From contig JBHGNT010000018.1 of assembly GCA_043228905.1 (NCBI GenBank), positions 7,068,001 to 7,132,000 of the forward strand: a stretch of DNA of 64,000 nucleotides, given 5' to 3'. Shown here piece after piece: positions 52,091 through 64,000 of the stretch. The first letter of the stretch is position 1, and the number at the start of each line of letters is the position of its first letter. The notes below the pieces were generated by a model. That model was not told the DNA's origin. It saw nothing but the letters and a program-made list of their open reading frames with translations, and did not search any database. This DNA is from Azolla caroliniana (taxonomy: Eukaryota; Plantae; Polypodiophyta). Both the position numbers and the translations under genes were made by a program.

Positions 52091-55000
52091 ATGATGTGGC
52101 GAAGATTCGCGCGTGCGTGTGCTACTCGAGCGACCACCGGGGTCTTGGACTGGGGAGGATGTTCGCGGAATTATCGAAGAGATGACGATCAATGTAAGAT
52201 TAGACGGAATTTGTTCACTTGAGAAGAAGAAAGCTTGTACACTTGAGAAGTAGAAAATAATGAAGAAGATAAAGACAAATATAATTATATTGATGATAAT
52301 GGTGTTGGTGATATCACATATTGAGCCCCCCTTACACAAGCCCAACTAGAGGCTTTTATAGGTCTTTCCATGCTCGTGACATGCACAAAACCATGGGCTA
52401 AAACCATGGTTTTGTGCACACGGTTTTGCTTATGTCATGCACAAACCATGGGTTTAAAACCATGGTTTTGTGCACATGGTTTTCTATGGTTGTTTCGTCT
52501 ATAATTTGTATATGAAAAGGAAATACATAAAATCTACACTATATGATAGTCGTCCTAGTGGTAAGGCAATTATCTTGTATCTTAGAGGTGCAAGGTTCAA
52601 TCCTTGCTTGCACCCCTCTGTATGAACTCAAGTGCCACTAGGCTAGGTTTATTTGCTAAGTGCATGTGCAATGTTGCACATCCTTGGTTTATTCGTCTCA
52701 CTCGGTTTCACACCGTAGCCGAAAATCGTCACGACACCGGGATCACTCCCCCGGGTATCACCAACGACGGGAAGAGTACGGGAGGTATGACGACCAACCC
52801 CGGAAAGGGTACCGCAACAAAAAGAACTTTAATAAAAAACGGCATTTCAAAAACGGGAGCCACCCACGTGAACCGGAAAAAGGCACCTCAAGCAGCTAAC
52901 CAGACCAGAGCCCCGCGGTTACCACAAGTCCTCCACCGGGTACAGGAAACAGTGCCGAGTCTAGCAACACCCAGAAAGCATATTGCTATTACTGTCGGCA
53001 AGAAGGACATTATAGTAATCAATGTCCGGCAAAAAGCTACGATAAGCGACCGGTGATAAACATGGTAGTCGCCGAAGTCGCAGACCTCCAGTAGGTCACC
53101 ACAAGGTCGAAGGGGAAGACTACGGAATGGGAGACACAAGAGGCCATCCGGAAACAAGCAACGAAATGGGTAAAAAAGGCCAATGAGCGAAACGTAGCAG
53201 AACTCGCGACAAAAAGGAGAACACCGAAGAGCTCGCCGGAAGCAATCAGTCCAAAAACGCGACATGGCAGGTATTGCAGGAATGCCAGATCACGCTGCCG
53301 TTGGGACGACTCTTGCAGCTAGTACCAAGATTCACAAAAGGACTCAAGGAAGGCATGACGACAGGCGGAACACCACAGGCTCCGGCATTCTTCTCAAATC
53401 CGGAGGAGGAACCGGCCGTGGTGGACACCAACAGTCTGGCAATTACGGCCATTGTGAAAGGGAAAGAACTCCCTGGCACAATAATAGATGGAGGCTCCGG
53501 CGTTAATGTAATCAGCCTCCGGACATGCGATGCTCTTGGAATCCGAGAGTGGGAGCCATGTCCGTTCTGGCTCCGAATGGCTGACACAAGTTCGGTGCGA
53601 CCGACAGGATTAATACAGAATTTGGAAGTAACCATCGGGGGCCACACATTCCAAATCTCAGCTGTAGTTCTCCAGTTGCAGGCTCAAGGAGCGTACCCAT
53701 TATTGTTGGGACGACCTTGGTTAAAAACGGCACATATCAAGCAGAACTGGAGGAGGAATATGATTACGTTCCGGCGGGGAAAAGCGAAGGTACGAGTACC
53801 AACACAACAAAGGAAGGGCACCGGCAAGGACCTGACACCGTTATATGCGGAGTGTGTCAATATGCTGGAGGGATTAGCAGATGAAGAAGAAGAGCAGTAC
53901 TTGCTGGAGAACCCGAAAATTGTACCCCTCTTCGAAATTGACGTCGCGGAAGCGGTATCACCCTACTTACTGCAACCAGACGAAACCGAAGCGGAACCTG
54001 ATAAAGAAGCAATCCGGGAGTTACGGCATGCGCATGAGGCATTGGAAAGAGAAATGGCCGTATCCCAGTGCGTAAAAGAGTTCCAGTTAGAAGAGGTAAA
54101 TCTAGGAACGACCGAGGAGGCAAAACCGGTGCACATCGCCAAAGAAATGAATGCAGAGAACAAAACGGCGATAATTACACTCCTCAACGAGTTTCGCGAC
54201 GTCTTTGCCTGGTCATACGAGGATATGAGAGGCCTGGATCCTCAGTTGTATCAGCACCAGATACATCTGAGCAAAGACGCCAAGCTGGTGGCACAGCGGC
54301 GGTACCGGATGAACCCAAACTACGCCGCCAAAGTCAATGAGGAGATCAACAAATTACTGAGGGTCGGCTTTATCCGGCCCGTAAAGAAATCTACATGGCT
54401 GAGCCCGATTGTAGTCGTACCGAAAAAGAACGGAAAAATTAGAGTTTGTGTCGACTACTGATAGTTCAATGCATCAACGGTAACAGATGCATTTCCCCTT
54501 CCGTTTACGGATGGAGTTTTGGATGTCGTCGCCGGCCATGAAGTCTACAGTTTCTTAGACGGATTCAGCGGGTATAATCAGATTCGGATGCACCCTGAGG
54601 ATCAAGAGAAAACGGCTTTCGTCACCGAATGGGGAGTGTTTGTTGCAATGGTGATGATGTTCGGGCTGAAAACGGCACCAACAACATTCCAACGGATCAT
54701 CATGGAGATCTTTGGCGAATACATACCGGCTTTTATGCAGGTGTTCCTTGACGACTTCGCCGTCTATAGTAGAGAAGAAGATCATTTGCAGCATCTCAGA
54801 CTATGTCTAGAGAAGTGTAGAGCGTACCGGCTAAGCCTGAATCCAGTGAAGTGTGTATTTGGAGTGGCTAGCGGAACGCTACTAGGGCATATAGTAAGCA
54901 AGGAAGGCATTGCCGTAGATCCAGACAAAGTGAAAGCAATCCAGGAAGCACTGGCCCCGGCAAAGGCATTGAGTCGTTTCCTAGGACAAATCCGCTGGCA

Positions 55001-57484
55001 TAGCCGTATGCTCCGATATTTGGCAGACCTGGCTACACCTCTGCATACGACAGTACATCGAACACCGTTCCAATGGACCGACATCGAAGACAAGGCCTAC
55101 TGGGCACTAAAGTTGTTATTGTCACAAGCACCGGTAGTGTAGCCTCCCGATTGGAGTAAAGAATTTCATGTGTTCGTGGACGCTTCCGATATCGCAATTG
55201 GCAGCGCGCTCATGCAGCTTACTGAGCCAAGGTGGTACCGGCCAGTGTACTATGCCAGCCGGAAGCTATCCCAAGCAGAGCGAAATTATTCTACCACGGA
55301 AAGGGAAGCTTTAGGAATGATCTACAGTGTAACAAAATTCAGGCATTATTTATTGGGAAGAAAGTTCTCCTTCCATGTGGATCATTCGGCACTCCTTTAC
55401 CTAGTATCCAAAGCGTCACATACCGGTAAGCTGGCCCGGTGGACTTTGTTGTTGCAAGAGTTTGAATTCGAGATATTCCACCGACCCGGCATACAGCATG
55501 CGGTCACAAATTATCTAAGCCGGCTAGATTCCGGGGAGACAGGGGACGGAGTACCGGATGAGTTTCTGGATGCAGAGCTTTTTCGAGTCACCATGGAAAC
55601 GGCAACAGATGGAACGGTGGCACACGAAGATAAGTGGCTAACTAATATGCACCAGTTTCTGAGTACCGGATTGCCGCCGGAGGTGATGAACCGGGACGAG
55701 AGAAAACGCCTGGCAGTACAAAGCCGACACTTCTGTTTACTACAGGACACGCTATACCACAAATGTGCGGACGGTATCTGGCGACAAGCGGTGCGCAGCG
55801 ACGAGAAGGAGGTAATACTATGGGAGGCACACTGTGGAGTCGCCGGAGGCCATTATGCCGGAGATGCGACGGTAAGGAAAGTATGGCAAAGTGGCCTATG
55901 GTGGCCAACCACATTGAAAGATGCAGTCCGGTATGCGAAGGAGTGTGATCTATGCCAACGAATGGGTCAGCCAACGGAACAAGCTCGGATGCCACACCAG
56001 CCAGTCCTGCCAGTAGAACCATTCCAGAAATGGGGGCTGGATTTCGTCGGGCCATTTAAACCACCAACAATGAGAACCGGCAACCGGTACGTGATCGTCG
56101 CGACGGATTACTGCACTAAGTGGGTGGAAGCGAAAGCCCTACGAGACAACACCGCGACGTCAACAACGAAATTCTTATATGAATATATTTGGTGCCGGTA
56201 CGGTTGCCCCATAGAACTGATAAGCGACCAAGGAGGGCACTTTCTTGGACAGGTGGTAGAAAGTTTGATGACGTTCTATGCGGTAGTACATAAAAGAAGC
56301 ACACCGTACTATCCGCAAGAAAATGGGTTAGTTGAGTCGACGAACAAAACGCTCCAAAATATCCTCCGGAAGATCGTCAATGAAAATCGGACAGATTGGG
56401 ACACGAAGCTGCACAGTGCGCTCTGGGCTTACCGGACAGCATACAAAATAAGCATCCGGACAACACCATCCGGTTAGCATTCGGATTGGAGGCAGTCATG
56501 CCGATCGAGTTTCAGGTACCAAGCTTACGGATTCAGATTCGGGAACGATTGAATGAAAAGGAATCGGAGGCAATTCGGTTAAAGGCCCTGTGCGAATTGG
56601 AAGAACACCGACTGGCAAGCATTATGCACCTCGAATTGGAACAACGGAGACAGAAAGCATTTGTAGATCGACACCGGAAGGGAAACGAAAAGATGTTCGG
56701 AACCGGTAAGCCAGTACTCGTGTTCCAGACCCGGATGGGCAAAATGTCAGGTAAACTACGGTTTAGGTGGACTGGACCGTACTGGATCACACGCGAGTTC
56801 AATGGGTCCTACCAGTTGGGGACACTTGCCGGAGAAGTGCTGGGCAAATGGGTCAACGGATTTAGATTAAAACCATACAAAGGACCTATGCCTAAGAACC
56901 CATTTGAACAAAGGGCTGCCACCGAATCAGACGCCGGCAGGCCAACCATAACGGCAACCGGTGAAGACGACAGCTACGACCAACCCAGTAAGGAGGAGCA
57001 TGAGCCGACAAACCGACAAGAGGCCAACGAGTTGCATGCTTCAGGCAAAGGTTCGACAGGACCGGAGAACAACTAACCACAGAAGTAAGTTCAAAAAAAT
57101 AAAATAAAATAAAATAAAGGAGCGAATCAAATAAATCATGGAAAGGAGTGGTGGAAACGGCCATGCACACGAGTAAAGAGGCACGTCGAAAAGGTACGAG
57201 GAGCTATGGATAGGACATTAAACCACCGCCACATGGCACACAATGCTATTATAGTACACGACCTGCACATGCGGAGGCTCGAAAAAGGCGCCAAGATGCA
57301 AAGAGGAAAACCCCCACGCATTGAGACCTTCTCCTATCGCGAACCAAGGAGAACAGACGCAGAGCGACGCGTGAAGATACATCGCAGAGAGCTCGCACAC
57401 AGAGAACCCCCTTCCTCAGAACTTTCTCTCTCACATTCTCCCCACCATCAAACCTCTCCGACGCTCTCCGACCTCGACGCAGAG

Positions 57485-60178
57485 ATGGACTGCCAAACGT
57501 TGTCTGAAGCCGCCAAGAAATGGTTACGGCAGTACGGTCTGGAGGGTTTTTTTAACGATCATGGAGGCAGCGCCACACAAGGAGGCCGAGAAGATTATAA
57601 AAGAAATCGACACGAAGGTGATCACGGAGGAGGCGATCCGTGCGTTAATAGGCCTTCCGGAGGGCGGTATCTACACGATCGACAATCCTACCCCCGAGCA
57701 ACTCATCAAATATTTCGGTGAGTACTCTCTAGCCAACAAGGGCTATAGGACACAGGGCGGCGAAGATATGCTATTCCGAGAAATTGCCTGTGTGCTCCAC
57801 GAGTTCGGCCACGTGTACCCTCGACCCCCCGTCATGCCTTAAAACCGAGCAGGCTTGATCATCGCAATGTAGGAAGGGGTCAAGGTAGATTGGCCGGTGC
57901 TGATCACTGACGGGCTGTGTACGGCCATTGATATAGTAAGGGGAAAGGACGGCAAGGAAGGCCGGAAAATATGGCATGCAGTGACACAATGGCTCACCCT
58001 GTTGGCGCCACCGGTCGAGCCCATCCAAACCAAGAAGCAGGGAAGAACAACGGACGGCACCCCGAAACCTGCTTCGAAATGGCAACAATTGTTGGCTTCC
58101 AAGGCCACTAAGGGGAAGACTGCCGAAGCAGAGATGGCAGCGAAGGAGCGCGCCAGCCGGAAGCGACCGGCGGACACGCATGAGGAGACACCGGCACGAG
58201 CCTTGAAGAGCCCACTCCACCGACCGGCGCAACAGGAAACAGACACCTTGGCGGCAAGAATGAATGTCGGGACTCAGGCGGAAGAGATGGAGGAAGAACC
58301 CACGGAGCACCTCCAACGGCGGCCGATGAAGAGCACCGTAGAATCAGCCGGGAAACGTTCGGACCCACAGAAGGATGGAGCACCCACAACTCACGTTGAG
58401 CAACCCACGCCAAGGGAGGCACAGAAGTCCCGGCACAACAGGCACCACCGGCAAGCACCGTCACCCAAGAGCCGGAGATACAAAGGCCAACCGCCCCAGC
58501 CAGCCAAGAACAAGCAGACAAGGGGCGACCAGACGAAACACACGCAATGCCGGAAAGGCATGACCAGCCACCGGCGAGTGAACCCATCAGCCAACTCTCC
58601 GTGCAAGCGCAACAATAGTGCACCGACAGCCAATGGCTCTAGTGGATAGGAGACCAAATTGCCGGAGTAGTCAGCTGCATAGAGGCGGAGGAAAGAGCGC
58701 AAACAGAACGGTTGCTCGTCACAACCGATGAACTGGAGACAGCCCGGTCAAGGATCCGGTGCCTCGAACAAGACTTGGATCGGATCACAGGAGATATGGC
58801 CAAAATGGCCTTATCCGCAAGGCAGGTCCAAGCACCGGTGACTCCGGTTGATGTACAGAAGAATAAGACCCCAGAGACACAAATGGTCCCGGAGAAAGAG
58901 GCGGCGCAAGCCCAAGAGCTTGCGGAATTACGAGATGAGTTAGCCGCACAAGAAGCATTATGGAGCCGCGAACGCGACTTGAAGAAGGCGGCCGAAGAAG
59001 AATTAAGAAAGACTGCTGAGAACCTTCGCCAGGCAGAGGAAAACCTACGTAAAGGACATCATGCTTACGACCGGCTGAAGGAGGAAAAAGAAAAAGTGTT
59101 GCAGGAAAAAGACAAGCTGCGACGGATGGCGGAAACGGAAATCGAGCGGCTGAAGGAAGAGCTCCGGCAACAGAAGGACCGGGAGGACCGCGCGCGCCGT
59201 TAGATAAACCAAAGGCTGAAGCAGAAGACCGATAATTTCGATCATCTGCATCGGGACTACAAGCAGCTGGAGACGGAGCATCAGCATTGGATGGCCGAGC
59301 TCCGGCAAGAGGTTGATAAGGCCACAACGGCACTCGCCGAAGAACGAGCGGAAAGTTCCAGGCTATTGGAGGAAGCAGCGAATGCCCGGATGGAGCTCCA
59401 CAAACAGAACCATGAAGACAAGGAAAGAGCGACAATGCTACTACAGAGGTTGCAAACAACCTATCAAACTCAATTGTCGCATTATAGGGAGCAGGAGGCG
59501 GACACGGTTCAGATCATCAAGTAGTTAAAGGAAGAGCGACAAGCCGCAGAAAATAAATCACAGATGGGAGCCGAACGGATCCAGTGCATCCTCCGGTCAT
59601 GGCTCACTAAAACCAAAAGCTTGATTGATGACAGCTCGGTGCGTTGGTGGGCAAAATGGGCGCAGAATAGCGCGGAACTCCAATTGCTTAGGGCGGACGT
59701 TGAAAATCGGCGAAAGGAGGGCGACGACTGCTATATGCTGACCTCGGAGGACTTCACCACCATCAGGGACGAGCTGGCAGAAGATTTCACAGCCCTGGCG
59801 AATGAACAATTGGGGCAGGTCCGACAGCTCGTAGCTCAACTAGACGATGATCGGCTGGAGGCTCAAATCCAGTTCGAAAGCTATGAGTGGTCCCGGCTCC
59901 GGGAAGAAAAAGCACGAAAGATGGCAACGGTCAACCTTAGTGATGAGGAACCGTCGCCGGTGCAAAGACTGGAGGGGGAACAGACCGGGGTCAGTCAGCC
60001 ACAGACAACTCCGACGGAGGAACCAATGACGGAAACACCGGTGCCAGAGCCACAAACGGAGCAGCAGCCACAGCCACAAACGGAACAACAGCAGTAGCCA
60101 CAACAGCAACAACAGATTCCCGACGAGCCATTGGAAATTTTGGAGCAAAGCATTCTGGACATTTTGGACGAAGCGTAA
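57485..60178 (+). pseudogene. Additional ORF3 of Gypsy B
   Basis: Collinear with ORF3 of A (LIKYFGEYSLANKGY, VDWPVLI, WWAKWAQNSAELQLLRAD, ILDILDEA*). Confidence 0.88.
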
Positions 60179-60730
60179 AAGGGCCAGATAATGGGTTCGA
60201 CGTATAAGGTACTGTCCGAGCGGCAAAGAAGGCTAAAGGAGGTCCAAACCAGAGTGTGAAAGGAATAGTTATTCAGAACTGTTGGAATTAGTAGTCTTAA
60301 TATATACATATTATTATGTGGACGGACGGACCGGAATCGGTATGCCGATCCGGATCCGGAACGATTCCGTAAAGGTGCCGTTTGGCACTGTTTTGTATTT
60401 CGCACCGGAGACCTATATAAAGGCCCGGTTACAATGTAATCAGTAGCGGATAATTAATAAAGCTTATGGTCTTAATCTTCAAGTGTTGATTACCATTCTG
60501 TAATTATTGTCATATCTTACGCGTGTTAATTATGGATGGCTAAGTAATCGATTAAGGTCTAATTAAGCATTGTGTCGTAAGTCATTCTGCCGTACCACCC
60601 TTTTGTGACGTGTCTTGAGTGGACACCTTGTGTTAGGCTGTTGTTCGGCCCTAGCCATAATAGTGAAGCCATTCTAGGTTTCACCCCCCACCCCGACAAC
60701 ACTTTTGGCACGCCCGAACGGCCGACCCTC

Positions 60731-63700
60731 CGTTGAGAAGAAGTCTCACGCTCCCCTTCCATCACTAATCTCTTTGCGTCATAACCAATTTGAGATGAAA
60801 ATGGTGATTTACAGCTTCAACTCTCTACATGTTTGTGTGTTTGCACTCTATGCATCAAAATTTACACGATACCTCTTACAGAGGATTTTTGCCCTTTATA
60901 TACGCAGGGGGGTCTTTTAGACGTTCACGCTTCCCACGTGAATCATTACATGCGTTACATTTTTACTATATTCTATATGTTTGCGCTCCTGTTCGTCGGT
61001 TACTATTCCAGCGGACAACACTTGGCACGCCTGTGGGACAGTGCCATGGCACGTCGGACCCACCCCTTTAATCTTCCTCCAAAATGGCCCGGATGTTTGG
61101 TTCCGCCCCGGTGTCCTGGTCCAAGGACATCGTAGTGTCCGTAGGCACGTTGTTGCATGGTTCTAGGACTTGCTCGGTAGGGCTTTCCATGGTACCGTTG
61201 GCTTCCTGTGTGGGTGGTCCGGGCTTCGCTGTCTCATCCTGTTCTATTGTGGTTAGCTCAACCGTCGGCGGGTTCTCAGTAGGTCGAGGTTCTGTCTCGT
61301 TCGTAACTTCCTCTGTGATGCCGGCCATAGTCGTACACTCTGGTGAATGGGGTTGTGGTTCCTCCTGATCAGCGGTCTCACTTTCTGGTATCGTGGGGGG
61401 CTCCGTTTCCTATTCCGTGTTGCCCATTGTAGTGGTTAATTCCGGTGACGTGGGCTGAGGTTTGTCTCGTTCGATAGTATCCTTTACTGGTATCGCGATG
61501 GATTCCGCGTTTGGTCGCGTGTTGCCGGCTTGCATGATTTGGTGAAACAGGTCCTCCTGACTTTCGCCAAAATCATCTAGTAGTTGTGCGAGTTCCTCAG
61601 AGTGTTGGTCCGCTAGCGTGCGATAATCCTATGCTAGGTCCTTGCGTACTGCCGCAATGCTTTCCTCGGCCAACACAGGAGGAACGGGCGGAGCGCAGGG
61701 AGGAAGCTTCGCAGGACCAGGAAGCCGAGCAACGTCAAGAAAGCCCGAGGCCGAAACGGCGGAGACTGGACAGGAAAGATGGGTGTGGGTTAGTTAAAGA
61801 CACACTCCTGGCCACAGAGACGACGATTGTGGTCGACAGCTCCGTAGCTACGGAGCCCAACACCACCTTCGAAATAATCTGGGAACCACGACCGATCATT
61901 TCGGCCCAATCACAGCCGGGAAAAGGCGTATTTACGGCGGAAAGCGAGATCCTGGTGTATTCGGACATTCCAGACACGACCCATGAGTTCGGCGCACTAT
62001 TACAGTTCGGCACTACTTTTGAACTCAAGGAATTTTTGGCAACACAACAAATAAAAGTCTCCCAACGAATGGCCCAAGAGCACGCGGAGCGACAAATGAT
62101 CGAGCGCACGCTAACGCAAACGGCGGAAAGTGATGATGAGGAGTAGCTATCCAGAGTTGGCAGACAGCAGAACGCCGGTATACGCCGAATGGGGATGGAA
62201 CTACCCCCATTAAACGCGGCCCTCATCAAAGTTCATAGGGAACTGGCTAAGGTTAGTATTGGCGCCAAGGATATGGCGATTAAAAATAAAAATGTCTAGA
62301 AAACGGTTAAACTGACCCAAGTCGAGCTACAAAAGGCCAACGAACGCATCGCGGAGTTGGAACGTAATGCGTCTATGGCGCAACAAGCAGCTCAACCAAC
62401 AAACAACGCCGCCGAGGCCTTGAGAGAAGAAATTGAAGCACATACCGCCATTGCCTTGAAAGCAAAAAGGGTTGTGCAACTGGCGGAATCAGAGATTGAC
62501 CGCCTCTGCTCCGAACTTCGCCAGTCCTCGGACAGAGAAAAGGACATCCGAGCGAACGACCGAAAGGCAATGAAGACCCTTGAAGAGAAACTCGTAGCGG
62601 AGGTAGCACAACACACCCGCATGAAAGAAGAAAATGCCAAACTACAGGAGGAAGCGAAAAAATTGGAAGCGGCGATTTCGGGACTCCGGGCGTTATTGGA
62701 AAAGAAGAAAGCATGGTTCGAAGAGTAGCTTGTAGGGGAACAGGAGAGGAGGCATCAACTCGAAATCCGCCTGAACAATGAAATGGGAAAGTTGGAAGAA
62801 TTACATTCAAAGGAATCTCAGCTATGGGCAGGAATGAACAGCAACTATGAGGAAGCGACGGCGGTCAGTAAACAAGAAATCGAAAACCTCAAGAAAACTG
62901 TTGAAGACGCACGCAACCGTTGCCAAGCAATAACCGACAACGTGCGCATACTTCTTCAAACAAATCGGGAGAGGTTTACGGTGCAATTACAAGCGGCGCT
63001 AGACAAAGGCTGGATGGTGTGGGCTGCACAAGCGGCGGAGTTGCATACGTACCGGGCGGACTGGGAGAACTGAAGAAAAGATGGCCGAGGGTTCTACAAA
63101 CTCCTCCCACTCTGTGGTGGCTAACTCCGCTAACCTTCATTTTGCGGATCATGGTGGCGGCATGGGTTTGCTAGGTTGTGGTGCCGGTAGACCCGAGGTG
63201 GGAATAGTATCGTCAGATACTGCTATATGATAGGCCTTCGCTTTTTGCCTCCTTGATACGTGTGCAGGCCTTCCCGTAACGTTGGTCCCGTAATGACCCT
63301 CCAATCGACTGTGCGCCCTTCAAAGGTATCGATGATGATACCTGCCTTCTGCTTGGGCATCCCGTATGCATTTATGTGCATGCATCCGACCTCCAGCAAG
63401 AACTTGGCTATTTCGCAGAAGAAGGGGTCGGGGATTTCCTTTGTTCTGTATGCCTTGGCGGACGCCAAATATGGCCCGAAATATCTCTACAAAGTTTCTG
63501 CAGGAGGGATTTCGAAATGCCTTTCTCCCAGTGATGATAGGTCAAGCTTTTTCCGGATGGATGTGTTGGTGACCGTGTCGATATTAAGCTTCCTAGCAAT
63601 GTCCAGGGCTTCAGGGTGAGAGGGTGCCTCGGCGACTTTGATGTATCCATCCAGGCATTTCTCCACGAGCCATCGACACAAGGCGGCAGAAATGGGGATC

Positions 63701-64000
63701 GGCATAGTAAGATGGTGAGACTCGTGGCTAGTGGGTGAGGACTGTTGGCTATGGCGAACTTGAGCTCTGTGATAGGATGGAGAGGAGGGTGAGTGAGGGG
63801 AGCGATGAGAGTGATGAGAGTTAGAAGGTTGGTTTCTGTACTGTGCAGAAAACCTTCTATTTTCTTCTTTTTGTGGCCTAGGGTTCATTGGTCGGTGAGC
63901 CATCGTGGTGCCGCATGTTCTTGGTCTAAAAGTTTGTGCATGCCCTAAGTCCTTTTAATAGCGTCGCTATCTTCTCTTTGTTTTTCTTTTTTTCTTTCTT
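60731..64000 (-). mobile_element. 3' end of divergent family member D (ORF3 homolog with internal inversion; 3' LTR starting at 61020)
   Basis: RYFGPY..VDWRVI (63710-63100, minus), coiled coil on plus (61670-63100), tail to ILEED* (61068), then tRNA-like motif and TGTTGTCC. LTR outer end uncertain. Confidence 0.78.

Larger units (their letters stand above)
49259..52736 (-). mobile_element. Young non-autonomous gag-only LTR element I
   Basis: 642-bp LTRs 49259-49900 and 52095-52736 with about 3 differences, TSD CCGG, PBS TGGTGAACCCGACGTGAA, PPT-like GGTGGGGGTGGA. Confidence 0.96.
47792..57076 (+). pseudogene. Gypsy B gag-pol, interrupted in gag by element I
   Basis: Protease IIDGGSGVNVI, RT, RNase H and integrase motifs collinear with A; stops and frameshifts. 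Confidence 0.93.
47284..60662 (+). mobile_element. Full-length Gypsy element B, sister subfamily of A
   Basis: 5' LTR 47284-47736, 3' LTR about 60218-60662 (first bases lost), TSD GTGAA, PBS TGGCGACCACG 47744-47754. Confidence 0.95.
46971..60716 (+). mobile_element. LTR and PBS of older element C, split by Gypsy B (LTR = 46971-47283 plus 60668-60701; PBS TGGCACGCCCG 60706-60716)
   Basis: Removing B at its GTGAA TSD restores TGTTACC...TATATAAA...GACAACA followed by a tRNA-Arg(UCU)-type PBS. LTR start is tentative. Confidence 0.6.

Overview
Land-plant nuclear DNA, probably from a seed-free lineage (inferred from the 18S sequence and the PsbP-domain protein). It is dominated by nested LTR retrotransposons. 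Left nest: Copia F (minus) carries a captured 2.3-kb rDNA fragment (5'ETS-18S-ITS1, 18S internally deleted) and Copia E, and E is split by a full-length Athila-like Gypsy element A (1619-11290, TSD TGGAT). Middle: decayed Gypsy, Copia and LINE pieces, a gag-only LTR element H, a tRNA-iMet gene and one intact 9-exon host gene (PsbP domain protein 3, 41706-36827, last intron GC-AG). Right nest: an older LTR C is split by Gypsy B (47284-60662, TSD GTGAA), which carries a very young gag-only element I (tRNA-Trp PBS, 4-bp TSD); a divergent third family member D follows with an internal inversion. Most striking observation: the A/B/D family has no polypurine tract before the 3' LTR. In its place is a sense-strand copy of a tRNA-Arg 3' end (...GTCCCAC-RGGCGTG-CCA) ending 2 nt from the LTR, i.e. 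a second, inverted PBS, suggesting tRNA-primed (or tRNA-mimic-primed) plus-strand synthesis. All tRNA and family assignments are from recalled sequences; no searches were run.
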